Counted from the first letter of the stretch, positions 1 to 9,372 are shown. The stretch: DNA of 64,000 nucleotides from Chloroflexota bacterium (GCA_027618515.1 JAQCEV010000004.1:355-64354); one strand, 5' to 3'. Numbers and translations are program-made. Notes: generated by a model from the sequence alone, not told the origin.

Positions 1-405
1 CCAAACGTGGATCTTGAGCGTGTCGCCGAGTTGCTGGGTGTGGATGTAGAGACGCTTGAGGGCGCTGCCGGTGACGCTCGCAACGAGGTGGCCACGGAGG
101 CCTACTCAGCGCAGTTGGACGCCGCAGTAGCGGACGGTCGGATCACGGAGGAAGAGGCAGCGGCGATGCTGGAGCAGTTCGAGAATCGCCCGCAGCGTGA
201 GTTCGGCGAAGGTCAGCGAGGGCAGCACGGACGCGAGTTCGGTGAGGCGCAACGTGGTCAGCACGGGCGTGAGTTCGGCCAGCACCGCCGTGGCGGTCAC
301 GGTGGTGGGATCCAAGGCTTTAGCGAGATGCGTGGCATGGGCCCCGAGGCACCTGACGCTGACGAAGCACCCCCGGTCGTTGACCCGGCAGCGTTCGCCG
401 CGTAA
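1..405 (+). CDS. Hypothetical protein, 5'-truncated by the window edge, with a Gly/His-rich C-terminus
   Basis: Frame is open from position 1 to TAA at 403-405; contains 'AVADGRITEEEAAAMLE'; followed by an intrinsic terminator. Confidence 0.7.
   Translation, partial: PNVDLERVAELLGVDVETLEGAAGDARNEVATEAYSAQLDAAVADGRITEEEAAAMLEQFENRPQREFGEGQRGQHGREFGEAQRGQHGREFGQHRRGGHGGGIQGFSEMRGMGPEAPDADEAPPVVDPAAFAA
196..279 (+). repeat. Intragenic 36-bp tandem repeat (REFGExQRGQHG x2 plus a partial copy)
   Basis: Imperfect copies at 196-231 and 232-267, partial at 268-279. Confidence 0.75.
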
Positions 406-439
406 CGAGTAGGCCCCGCTAGGGACAGATGACAGTAAA

Positions 440-474
440 GTGCGGGCCCCATCGGGGGCCCGCACCTTTTTTTT
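440..474 (+). terminator. Rho-independent terminator
   Basis: GTGCGGGCCCC-ATCG-GGGGCCCGCAC stem followed by T8. Confidence 0.85.
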
Positions 475-535
475 GGGCGTGCTTGGTTGCATCGGCGGGG
501 TGCTAGTATCTGGTGAACGACTGAGGGAGGGCACG

Positions 536-751
536 ATGAATAAGGACGATCAGTACCTGATGGTCCGGATGCGCAGCTGATACCGCTCTTGAAGAGGTAA
601 CTTCGAAGAGACCACGGGGATGGTCTCCAGCGTGTTTGGATATACGGCAGAGCAGCTCGCGAAAAAGCTCAAAGAGGTTGCTGCGGAGAAAGCTTTCGAT
701 CCGGAGTACAAGGAGTTGCGCGAAGGCTTGCCGGAAAAGTTCCTGTTCTAA
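536..751 (+). CDS. Candidate 71-aa selenoprotein with two in-frame UGA codons (S-U-Y-R-S-U)
   Basis: RBS GAGGGAGG then ATG at 536; TGA at 578-580 and 590-592; the frame continues with protein-like sequence to TAA at 749-751; SECIS-like hairpins at 586-610 and 608-627. Confidence 0.6.
586..627 (+). promoter_or_regulatory. Two overlapping SECIS-like hairpins
   Basis: CTCTTGAAG-AGGTAA-CTTC(G)AAGAG with its loop 14 nt after UGA1, and GAGACCA-CGGGGA-TGGTCTC with its loop 22 nt after UGA2; G at loop position 2 in both. Confidence 0.55.
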
Positions 752-1523
752 GGACTGCGACTAGGTAGGCTGGGGAGTCGCACCTGCAACTGGCGCATGT
801 TCAAACGTGCGCCCGCCCAGGATTCACGTCGGCCGGTGATGGCCTGGATATGGCCGTCCCACTCAAGATTCCACGCCTCGATGCCTAGTTTCACCGCGCG
901 CCGCACACGATCTTGCGTCTCGTCGTCGAGCGCTAGCTTGCGGATGAGCTCGATCTGTCGTGAGCCGTGGCCGATATCTTGCTCGGCGTGTAGCTTGTAG
1001 GTCTCAGCGGCGTGTTCAGAGAAACCGTAGTGGCCGACGAGTTCCGGGTAGGCGATGCCCGCCGCCCCATCGTGACCACCATGCTGGGCTTCCACCAAAG
1101 CCAACATGGCGACGCCTTCTAAAGCAGAACGCCTCTGGCAATGGCAAGGATCATCTCGATCGCTGCCAGAGTGCCGGGGGCGGGATCGGCGTTGTCGGCG
1201 TCCTCGCGGGAGATGCCACCCTCTTCCAGGAACTGGAACATGATGTCCACGTGGGAGCGCTCGCCTGCGAGTTCTTCCATGTAATTTTCCAGTACGACTT
1301 CGGAAAGGCCAGGCACGCGCTCGGAGGCTGCGTTGACGGCGATGTAGCCGAAGTAGACGGGGTTTTCCCGCACGCGCAGGTAGTGTTGGACCTCACCGAT
1401 GACGATCTCTTCGCGGGTCCAGCGGTGATTGGCAATGCCCTGGAACCACGGGTGCTCCCTCATGGGCACCTGCAGTGCGTAATCCCAAAGCTCTGCGATG
1501 AAGTCGTCAGGTTTCTGGGCCAT
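748..1523 (-). pseudogene. Heme-oxygenase-like diiron enzyme (CADD/PqqC/TenA superfamily), split by a 1-nt frameshift near 1145
   Basis: N-half (MAQKPDD...EELAGERSH) and C-half (VEAQ...HAEQDIGH) lie in different frames; restoring one base gives continuous IEMILxHCQRRSALEGVAMLALVEAQH. Confidence 0.75.
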
Positions 1524-1614
1524 GGCGCGCCTCCTGGAAGCTCGGTCGCTTGCTTGGGCGCCTATGCTACATGGTTTTGGCCGCATGACCATGCCCGCGC
1601 AACTCGGAGGGGCG

Positions 1615-1839
1615 TTACTTCTGGAAGACGATCTCCGGCTCCGGGGATGCGTTATCGGATACGGAGACGGGGATGGTGGCGACCAAGATGAACCACATGG
1701 CGACGCCCGCAGCCATCAGTGCTGCTCCTGCGGCGCGCTTGCCCGTAGTCGTGGAGCCTCGATAGAAGATCAGTCCGCCAGCGAAGGCCGCCGCGCCACC
1801 GATGGAGAGGATGAGCCAGATAGCGCCTTCACTACTCAT
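1615..1839 (-). CDS. Small membrane protein (2 TM)
   Basis: 74 aa with two hydrophobic segments; RBS AGGAGG; downstream of secF. Confidence 0.65.
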   Translation of the reverse strand: MSSEGAIWLILSIGGAAAFAGGLIFYRGSTTTGKRAAGAALMAAGVAMWFILVATIPVSVSDNASPEPEIVFQK

Positions 1840-1879
1840 GGGAGAGCCTCCTGAATGACCTCTTTGGGGTGCCGCGGGG

Positions 1880-2854
1880 CTATGCGGCGGGTTTGGGGCC
1901 GATCAGCGGGATCTTCGACGCGACGTTGCGGATCTCACCGTTCTCCCACACGACCAGCATGAGGGTGGCGATGAAGATCGAGCTGTAGGTTCCGACGACG
2001 ACGCCAGCGGCTAGCACGTAGAGCAGGGGCTGAATCGACGTCGCGGCGAACATCACGAGCGCGACGACAACGATCAGCAGCGTGATCGACGTGTTCAGCG
2101 AGCGAGCGACGGTCTCGCGGACGCTGAGGTTGACGATCTCTGTGATGGTGAGCGTCGGGAACCGCACGATGTTTTCCCGCACGCGGTCGAACACAACGAT
2201 GGTGTCATTGACGCTGTAGCCGATGACCGTGAGGACGCCGGTGATGAACATGGCGTTGACTTCAAACTCGAAGAGCTTTCCGAGGATCGAGAAAAGGCCA
2301 AGAACGATAACAGTGTCGTGGATAAGGGCGACGATGGCTGCGATGCCGTACCTGAACGGCGAAGGGACGCGCCTGAAAGCCCACGTTACGTAGAGAAGGA
2401 TCGCCAGGGCGGCGACGACTACAGCGATGGCCGCGTTGCGGACGTTTTCGGAAGCGATGACACCGGTGACGGTGTCGAAGCCGTTCACGGTTGCGGGGCT
2501 GAGGGCGTTGAGCGAGGCTTCTACCTTTTCGCGCCCGCCATCCTGTTCGATATTGCCGTCGGTGTCTCGGATGGTCGGCTCTAGCTCACCCACGCGGATG
2601 AAGTAGTGCTTGCCGAATGTGCCATCTTCCTCGACGGAGGGTTGGACTGTCGCTTCTGGGTGGCCTATGTCACTGAGGGTCTTTTCAACAAGCGCAGGGT
2701 CGAGGACATCCTCGAAGCTCATGGTGAAGGCCGCGCCACCACTGAAGTCGATCCCTGCGGTTAGCGCGGGAGGGATCGCAAGCGTGACGATGGATGCGAT
2801 GAATAGGACGGCAGAGAGGCTGAATGTCCATTTGCGGATGCTTACGACGTTCAT
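1880..2854 (-). CDS. secF: Protein translocase subunit SecF
   Basis: GIDFSGG and GYSVNDTIVVFDRVRE motifs; abuts secD. Confidence 0.95.
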   Translation of the reverse strand: MNVVSIRKWTFSLSAVLFIASIVTLAIPPALTAGIDFSGGAAFTMSFEDVLDPALVEKTLSDIGHPEATVQPSVEEDGTFGKHYFIRVGELEPTIRDTDGNIEQDGGREKVEASLNALSPATVNGFDTVTGVIASENVRNAAIAVVVAALAILLYVTWAFRRVPSPFRYGIAAIVALIHDTVIVLGLFSILGKLFEFEVNAMFITGVLTVIGYSVNDTIVVFDRVRENIVRFPTLTITEIVNLSVRETVARSLNTSITLLIVVVALVMFAATSIQPLLYVLAAGVVVGTYSSIFIATLMLVVWENGEIRNVASKIPLIGPKPAA

Positions 2855-4261
2855 CTACGCACCCCGCTCGGCGGCTGATCCGCCTTTGTATGCTTCGGGG
2901 CTGAACGCTCTGGGCCACTTGCCTAGCGAAGTGCCCACGGCCAATCCCAGCATCTTCTTGCTGATGACGATGGCCGTGAACATGCTGATGAGCACGCCGA
3001 TGGTCAAGGCCACGGCGAACCCGGTAACAGAGGAGTTGGCGCCGCTACTGCCGAAGAAGAATAGGACGGCGGCGATGACGAGCGTGGAGACGTTGCCGTC
3101 CCTGATGGATGTCCAAGCGCGGTTGAATCCGATCTGCACGGCGAACGGGAGCGTACGCCCGATGCGGATCTCTTCTTTCATGCGCTCGAAGATCAGGATG
3201 TTGGCATCCACGGCCATACCGAGGGAGATGATGAAACCCGCAAGCCCTGCAAGGGTGAGGGTTACGGGGAAGAGCTTGAAGACGGCGAGAACCATGGCTG
3301 TGTAGAACACCAATGCCACTGCCGCGACGAGCCCGGCGAGCCGGTAGTACGCAATCATGAAGAAGAGGACGAGCGCGAGGCCGATGAGACCTGCTTGCAG
3401 CGCTTGGTCCAAGGAATCCGCGCCAAGTGACGCTGCGACGAAGGCCGATGAGAGCTCGGTGATCTCGATGGGCAAACGACCAGACTCGACCTGGATGGCG
3501 AGCTTACGCACTTCTTCCGCGCTGAAGTTGCCGTTGATCTGGCCGCTGCCGGCCAAGATTGGACTGGACACCACGGCTGCTACCAGAACCACTCCGTCCA
3601 TACGGAAGGCTAGTTGGTCAGGCGTGCCGCCCACGACGTTGGTGTAGTACAACTTGGTTGTGAGGTCGGCGAATTTGGATGCTGCTCCGCGATTCAGTTC
3701 GAACAGCAGGATCGGTTCGCCGGTTACGGTGTTAGTGCCGGCAAATGCCGTGGACATGTCCGATCCGGAGAGGCCGGAGGGCTGATCCGTGAAGTTCCCT
3801 GGGGCGGTTTCGTCGCACGGATAGGCGGTGCAGATGCGCTCGACGATTTCCAAGAGTGCGGTCGAGCCGATCAGCGACTTTGCTGCCTCTTCGTCCTCAA
3901 GACCCGGTAGCTGAATCACTAAGCGGTCGGTGCCTAGTTGCTGGATGCTTGGCTCTGCCACTCCGAGTTTGTTCACGCGGCGGGTGATGTTGTCCACAAG
4001 CCCGGCCATCTGGTCGGCGGTGGGCTCGAAGCCGTCCTCGCCAGCCTGATACACGAGGTGGATACCGCCGACGAGGTCGAGACCGAGGCTGAGGCCGAGG
4101 GGCTCACTAGAGCCACGCTCGAAGCTTCCTAGGTCGATGTTTTTGACCGCAAGCGTCGCGAATGAACCGCCAACCAAGATGATCATGGTTAGAGGCCAAC
4201 GCAATCGATAGGGCCATACGAAGAGGACGGTGGCGATGCCGCTGAGAATGGTTTGCAACAC
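2855..4261 (-). CDS. secD: Protein translocase subunit SecD
   Basis: LGLDLVGG, QLPG and GMAVDANILIFERMKEE motifs. Confidence 0.95.
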   Translation of the reverse strand: MLQTILSGIATVLFVWPYRLRWPLTMIILVGGSFATLAVKNIDLGSFERGSSEPLGLSLGLDLVGGIHLVYQAGEDGFEPTADQMAGLVDNITRRVNKLGVAEPSIQQLGTDRLVIQLPGLEDEEAAKSLIGSTALLEIVERICTAYPCDETAPGNFTDQPSGLSGSDMSTAFAGTNTVTGEPILLFELNRGAASKFADLTTKLYYTNVVGGTPDQLAFRMDGVVLVAAVVSSPILAGSGQINGNFSAEEVRKLAIQVESGRLPIEITELSSAFVAASLGADSLDQALQAGLIGLALVLFFMIAYYRLAGLVAAVALVFYTAMVLAVFKLFPVTLTLAGLAGFIISLGMAVDANILIFERMKEEIRIGRTLPFAVQIGFNRAWTSIRDGNVSTLVIAAVLFFFGSSGANSSVTGFAVALTIGVLISMFTAIVISKKMLGLAVGTSLGKWPRAFSPEAYKGGSAAERGA

Positions 4262-4471
4262 GTTCTAGATGAGGTGGCGAATGCCACCGTGCCTTTCGGT
4301 AAGCCTGGCAGCGGGCGTGTTCAAGTTCGGGGTGAACCGAAACTGCGCCTGCATGTGGGGATCGGGGCAGGGTGCGCGAACCGTTGACGCTGCGTTGGTC
4401 GCAGAGCGCACTAAGAGCGGATTCTATCACGCGGAGGTACTGTCCCGGAATCGGTCGCGGAGCAGGATTGG

Positions 4472-4651
4472 CTAGTCGTTGCTTGCAGGGGCAGCGATTG
4501 GGAGCGCGCACGCTTGAATCTTGCCCACGTAGTGCCCGTCGTCAGTGCAGGCTTTGAAGCTCGCGCCAGGCGCATAGACCTCACCGCAATCGTGGCACTC
4601 GTACCCGAGATCGTTGTCTTCTTCATGTGCGGTGGAGTGCGCGTCGGGCAT
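4472..4651 (-). CDS. 59-aa Cys/His-containing small protein (possible zinc ribbon), not in the ORF track
   Basis: ATG just after the def stop; MPDAHSTAHEEDNDLGYECHDCGEVYAPGASFKACTDDGHYVGKIQACALPIAAPASND*. Confidence 0.5.
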   Translation of the reverse strand: MPDAHSTAHEEDNDLGYECHDCGEVYAPGASFKACTDDGHYVGKIQACALPIAAPASND

Positions 4652-4653
4652 GC

Positions 4654-5253
4654 CTACTCTTTTCCCAGGCTGGGTTCTGGTGATTCAGCAGGTGCGCTGT
4701 CGCCTTCTTCCTGAGTGTCAGATCCGTCTTCACCAGGCGGGCGGGGCTCGCCCTCGCCATGTTCCTCGGCGCCATTGTCGACCTCAAAGAGGTCTTCTTT
4801 GGCGCGTAGGTAATCGACGTACAGCTTGCCATCTAGGTGGTCGGCTTCGTGTTCGAGAGCCTGGGCGAGCAGGTCTTCGACGCCTTTGTACTTGATGGGC
4901 TTGCCATCAAGGCCAACCGCGCGAGCCCACACTTGCTCAGCGCGAGGTATGTAGCCCTGCCAGCCAGGGAGGCTGAGGCAACCTTCGGTGACCTCACGCT
5001 CGCCTTCTTTGCGGGTGATCTCTAAGTTGATGAGGACGGTGGGCTCTTCGTCGTCTGGTAGCTGGATCACGCAGATCCGCTTCAGCGATCCGACCTGGTT
5101 AGCGGCTAGACCGACACCATAGTAGTAGTACATGGATTCGATCATGTCCGCAGCCAGCTTGTGCAGTTCAGGGTCGTCGAAATCGCGAACCTTGATGGCC
5201 TTCTCTCGAAGGATCGGGTCGTGGCCCACGTAGTGCATCGGAAGGATCGCCAT
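4654..5253 (-). CDS. def: Peptide deformylase
   Basis: GVGLAANQVG, EGCLS and EHEADHLDG motifs. Confidence 0.95.
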   Translation of the reverse strand: MAILPMHYVGHDPILREKAIKVRDFDDPELHKLAADMIESMYYYYGVGLAANQVGSLKRICVIQLPDDEEPTVLINLEITRKEGEREVTEGCLSLPGWQGYIPRAEQVWARAVGLDGKPIKYKGVEDLLAQALEHEADHLDGKLYVDYLRAKEDLFEVDNGAEEHGEGEPRPPGEDGSDTQEEGDSAPAESPEPSLGKE

Positions 5254-5322
5254 GATGCACAAAGTATAACTGGCGAGCCATGACGTTGGCTCGCACTGAG
5301 AGTAGGGCGTGCCCTAGCGACT

Positions 5323-7800
5323 TCAGATGACGTTGACGGGATCGACGTCGACTACCCACGCGGGGGGTAGCGTCAATTTGTCCAGCAACAGTTGCGGATT
5401 GGTGGCGCGGATAAATACGTGCCAGCGCCATGCCCCTCGCAGGCGGGGTGGGTAGCCCGGCGCCGGACCGACGACATCGACGTCTTGCATGTCCCACTCG
5501 CGAGCGATCTTGCGTAGCGTGTTGGCCATGCGCTGAGCCTCGTTGCGGGCGGTCTCGACTTCTGAGTGGCCGAACAGCAGGCGAACCAGGCGCGTTAGCG
5601 GCGGGTTGCCGTGGTCTCGCCGATACTGCATCTCCTGTTGGTAGAAGGCAGGGTAGTCCTGGAGTGCAGCGGCCTGGATGGCATAGTGGTCTGGTTGGTA
5701 GGTCTGGATGAGTACCTCGCCGTGGCCACCCCCGCGACCGGCGCGCCCTGCGACCTGGGTGAGCAATTGGAAGGTGCGCTCAGGCGCTCTGAAGTCCGGC
5801 AGGTTCAAGCCGAGGTCGGCGAGAACCACGCCAACGAGGGTGACTGAGGGCAGGTCGAGCCCCTTGGCGATCATCTGCGTGCCCACGAGGATGTCGGCTT
5901 GGCCAGATTCGAAGGTATTGAGCAGGTCAGCGTGGCTGGCGGCGGTTGACGCGGTATCGCTGTCCCATCGGAGTACGCGCGCGTCAGGGAGCAAGGCGTG
6001 AACCTCCTCGACGATCTTCTGGGTACCTGCGCCGAGCGACCTGATGTGTGGACTTCGGCAGTTCGGGCAGACTGAGGGCACTTGTCTGCGTTTGTTGCAG
6101 TGATGGCACACCAGCGTTCCTGGCTGGCTGGCCCCCGTTTTCTGTTCCCTCTGTTGTTCTGCGCCGTGCAGCGTCAGTGGAGTCGCGCAGCGCGAGCACT
6201 TGACCACGTGGCCGCAGTTGCGGCACTCGACTATGCCGGCGGTGCCTCTGCGGTTGAGGAAAAGAATGGCTTGCTTGCCGGTCGCAAGCGTGTGGTGAAG
6301 ACGCTCCTGCAGGTGCTTGCTGAACACACTACTGTTGCCCTGTCGAAGCTCGTCGCGCATGTCGACGATGCGGACATCAGGCAGGTGCGTGGCGGCGCCC
6401 GACCGTTCGATACGCGATGGCAGGACGAGGCGACCGATGGCCCCACGCTCGGCGGCGTACGCGGTGCCAAGATCGGGTGTCGCGCTGCCGAGCACGACGA
6501 CTGCGCCGGTGATGCGGGCCATCTGGTTGGCCACGTCTCGCGCGTGGTAGCGGGGTGCGCCATCCACCTGCTTGTACGTCCACTCGTGCTCTTCGTCGAG
6601 GATGATGAGACCGAGGTCTCGCTGAGGGGCGAAGAGGGCAGATCGCGGGCCGACGACGATCCGACGCTCGCCCCGATGGACGGCCCACCATTCCTCCCAG
6701 TGACGCATGGGAGAGAGACCACTCTGGAGCAGGGCGACCTCCCCAGGGAACCTCGCTTCGAAACGAGCGACGGTCTGGGGAGTCAGGGATAGCTCGGGGA
6801 CGAGGACGATGGCCCGCTTGCCCGCATCCATACAGCGCGCAAGGGCTTGCAGGTAGACCTCGGTTTTCCCTGAGCCCGTCACTCCTTCCAGAAGAAACGT
6901 TCGCGGAGTGATTGACGGGTCGTCCTGAGCGGCATTGATGGCGGCGAGCGCTTCGGACTGCGGCCCGGTGGGGAGCAAGGGCGATTCACCTACTCGTCCG
7001 CCGGTGGGATGCAGCTTGAGGGGCTCTTCGGAAAGAGAAACGAGCCCTTTGGCGACGATCCCTGCGAGTGCGGTTGCGCCGAACTCCCGGCGGATGGCGG
7101 GTGCGAAGTGGGTCGCGGTAGGGTGCGAGGCGAGGTGCGCAAGCAATGAGGCTTGCCTTGGAGCGCGCTTCAACGATTCAACGTGCGTGGCGACATCTGC
7201 GGGCGCGACGGTCAGGCGAACGACCTGCGCGGTGCGTTGCTGTGGGCGGGCCTCTGGCTCAGGCATGCGCTCTTCTAGCAAGCCCGCATGGATGAGCCCA
7301 CGCGCGGCGTTGGCGACCCACGGCCCCAGTGTGCGCGTGAGTATGGCTGTCTGGTGCGGTCGGGGGTTGGAACGCAGGTAGGAAAGCAGCTTCGTGGCAC
7401 CCGCTGACAAGCGCTCTGGTTCCTCGGCGTCGGCGATGAGTTGAACGGTGGTTCGGGATCGACCGCGCATGCCTGGGGGCAGCATGGGCGCAATGGCGTC
7501 GTATAAGGAGGCGCGGTAGTAGCGAGCGATCCACTCTGCGAGTTTCAGGTGCGCGACATCGAGCACCGGTTCGGGGTGGACGAGCCCCAAGACGGGCTTT
7601 ACGTAATCGAGTTTGAGTTCCTGTGCCAGCGCGACAACGACGCCGTGGAGCGTGCGCTGACCAAAGGGCACGCGCACGAGATGCCCGACGGCGAGTTCCA
7701 AGCTAGGGGGGCACTCGTACGTGAATCGGTCGCCCGGGACGTTGGTCCGAGAGTCGACGACTACTTCTACGTAAGGGGCTTTTTCATCATGCGTGACCAA
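5323..7800 (-). CDS. priA: Primosomal protein N' (replication restart helicase)
   Basis: [15 protein letters not shown], CxxC zinc clusters, GTQMIAKGLD, QVAGRAGR. Confidence 0.95.
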   Translation of the reverse strand: MVTHDEKAPYVEVVVDSRTNVPGDRFTYECPPSLELAVGHLVRVPFGQRTLHGVVVALAQELKLDYVKPVLGLVHPEPVLDVAHLKLAEWIARYYRASLYDAIAPMLPPGMRGRSRTTVQLIADAEEPERLSAGATKLLSYLRSNPRPHQTAILTRTLGPWVANAARGLIHAGLLEERMPEPEARPQQRTAQVVRLTVAPADVATHVESLKRAPRQASLLAHLASHPTATHFAPAIRREFGATALAGIVAKGLVSLSEEPLKLHPTGGRVGESPLLPTGPQSEALAAINAAQDDPSITPRTFLLEGVTGSGKTEVYLQALARCMDAGKRAIVLVPELSLTPQTVARFEARFPGEVALLQSGLSPMRHWEEWWAVHRGERRIVVGPRSALFAPQRDLGLIILDEEHEWTYKQVDGAPRYHARDVANQMARITGAVVVLGSATPDLGTAYAAERGAIGRLVLPSRIERSGAATHLPDVRIVDMRDELRQGNSSVFSKHLQERLHHTLATGKQAILFLNRRGTAGIVECRNCGHVVKCSRCATPLTLHGAEQQREQKTGASQPGTLVCHHCNKRRQVPSVCPNCRSPHIRSLGAGTQKIVEEVHALLPDARVLRWDSDTASTAASHADLLNTFESGQADILVGTQMIAKGLDLPSVTLVGVVLADLGLNLPDFRAPERTFQLLTQVAGRAGRGGGHGEVLIQTYQPDHYAIQAAALQDYPAFYQQEMQYRRDHGNPPLTRLVRLLFGHSEVETARNEAQRMANTLRKIAREWDMQDVDVVGPAPGYPPRLRGAWRWHVFIRATNPQLLLDKLTLPPAWVVDVDPVNVI

Positions 7801-7907
7801 GCGGCGAGTCCTCCGGCGCGGAGTATAGGCCCGAGGTGGTTAGCGGGCGGGTCGAATAGCAAGTGGAGAGCGGGTGTTGGAACCTACGCTTTCGGAGTCG
7901 GGGTACC

Positions 7908-7939
7908 AAAAAAGGGACCGGCCATTCGGCCGGTCCCTT
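7908..7939 (-). terminator. Intrinsic terminator after rplS
   Basis: Minus strand GGGACCGGCC-GAAT-GGCCGGTCCC-TTTTTT. Confidence 0.8.
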
Positions 7940-7966
7940 GAGAAACCGTAGTTCAGACTTGCGCGC

Positions 7967-8320
7967 TTACCGCTTTCCGGTTTGGGTGCGCTCCTTGATG
8001 CGGGATGCCTTACCGGATAGCCCACGCAGGTAGTAGAGCTTGGCCCGGCGGACGATGCCGCGGCGGATCACCTCTACGCTTTCGACGTTGGGGGAGTGGA
8101 AGAAGAAGCTTCGCTCGACGCCGATGCCGGATGCGACACGACGCACGGTGAAGGAACTGGACGGCCCGCCCCGGCGCTTCCGGAGTACGACTCCCTGGAA
8201 ACTCTGCTGACGCCGACGTTCGCCTTCACGGATCCACACGTTGACTTTGATGGTGTCCCCGGGCTGGAACTCAGCGATCTTTTCGTTCGAAACCAGGGTT
8301 GATACTTCGCGGGCTTCCAT
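7967..8320 (-). CDS. rplS: 50S ribosomal protein L19
   Basis: [22 protein letters not shown] and [10 protein letters not shown] motifs. Confidence 0.97.
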   Translation of the reverse strand: MEAREVSTLVSNEKIAEFQPGDTIKVNVWIREGERRRQQSFQGVVLRKRRGGPSSSFTVRRVASGIGVERSFFFHSPNVESVEVIRRGIVRRAKLYYLRGLSGKASRIKERTQTGKR

Positions 8321-8406
8321 AACTACTCACATCCTCATTTGGGTCGCAACCTCACGATTATAGCCGGAACGGGGCTGGGCCGACAATGTTGGACGGTTGG
8401 GGCAGG

Positions 8407-9372
8407 CTAGATGGTCGTTAACAATTGAACTCGCGCGAGAGATTGCTCCCACGGATCCTCGCGTGGCTCAAGCGAGTCGTTGGCGCGCATCTCAACCTGG
8501 TTGTTGCGCCAGGTGGCTAGTACGCCAGAGCTGCCGTCGAGTAATGCGTCCGTCGCTGCGACGCCCATGCGAGTGGCGAGGATGCGGTCGAAGCGCGTGG
8601 GGATGCCGCCTCGTTGTATGTAGCCGAGGACGGTGTAGCGCGCTTCGTAGGCATTCGGAGATCCGTTGATGAGGTCGGTGAGCTCCGCTGCGCGCCAGCG
8701 TGCGCCCTCCGCCACGACGATGATGAAGAGCCGTTTGTTGCGCAGGAACGTTTCGCTCATCTCGTGGAAGATGTCCTCGAGTTCCACCGGGCGCTCAGGC
8801 GTGAGGATCATCTCAGCACCTGTCGCGATGCCGGCCATGACGGCGATGTAGCCACTGTGACGTCCCATGACCTCGACGAGCATGGCTCGGCGGTGCGCGG
8901 CCGCGGTGTCCTTAAGGCGGTCGATCGCCTCCATCGCTGTATTGATGGCGGTATCAGCCCCGATGGTTATCTCGGTCCCCGGCATGTCGTTGTCTATCGT
9001 TCCGGGAATAGTTACAGCGGGGAAGCCGATCTTATGGAGTTCGGTCGCCCCCGCGAGAGAGCCTTCCACGCCGATGACGACGATCCCGCCGATGCCGTCT
9101 TCTCTCAGCCGGTCGACTGCCGCCTGGCGGGCTTCAGGGAGTAAGAATCGAGGGCTTCGGCCCGCGCCTATGATGCTGCCGCCGCGGCCGATGATCGCCG
9201 CTACGCTGGAGGTTGTCAGCTGCTGCATCCGGTGGTCGATGAGACCGTCGTATCCGTCCCAGCCAGCCCAAACTTCTACTCCGCGACCGAGGGCGGTTCG
9301 AGTGACCGCGCGGAGGGCCGCGTTCATTCCGGGTGAGTCGCCACCGCTAGCGATGACTGCGATCTTGTCCAT
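8407..9372 (-). CDS. pfkA: 6-phosphofructokinase (PfkA family)
   Basis: SGGDSPGMNA, PGTIDND, EVMGR and VAEG motifs; start placed at MDKIAV. Confidence 0.9.
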   Translation of the reverse strand: MDKIAVIASGGDSPGMNAALRAVTRTALGRGVEVWAGWDGYDGLIDHRMQQLTTSSVAAIIGRGGSIIGAGRSPRFLLPEARQAAVDRLREDGIGGIVVIGVEGSLAGATELHKIGFPAVTIPGTIDNDMPGTEITIGADTAINTAMEAIDRLKDTAAAHRRAMLVEVMGRHSGYIAVMAGIATGAEMILTPERPVELEDIFHEMSETFLRNKRLFIIVVAEGARWRAAELTDLINGSPNAYEARYTVLGYIQRGGIPTRFDRILATRMGVAATDALLDGSSGVLATWRNNQVEMRANDSLEPREDPWEQSLARVQLLTTI

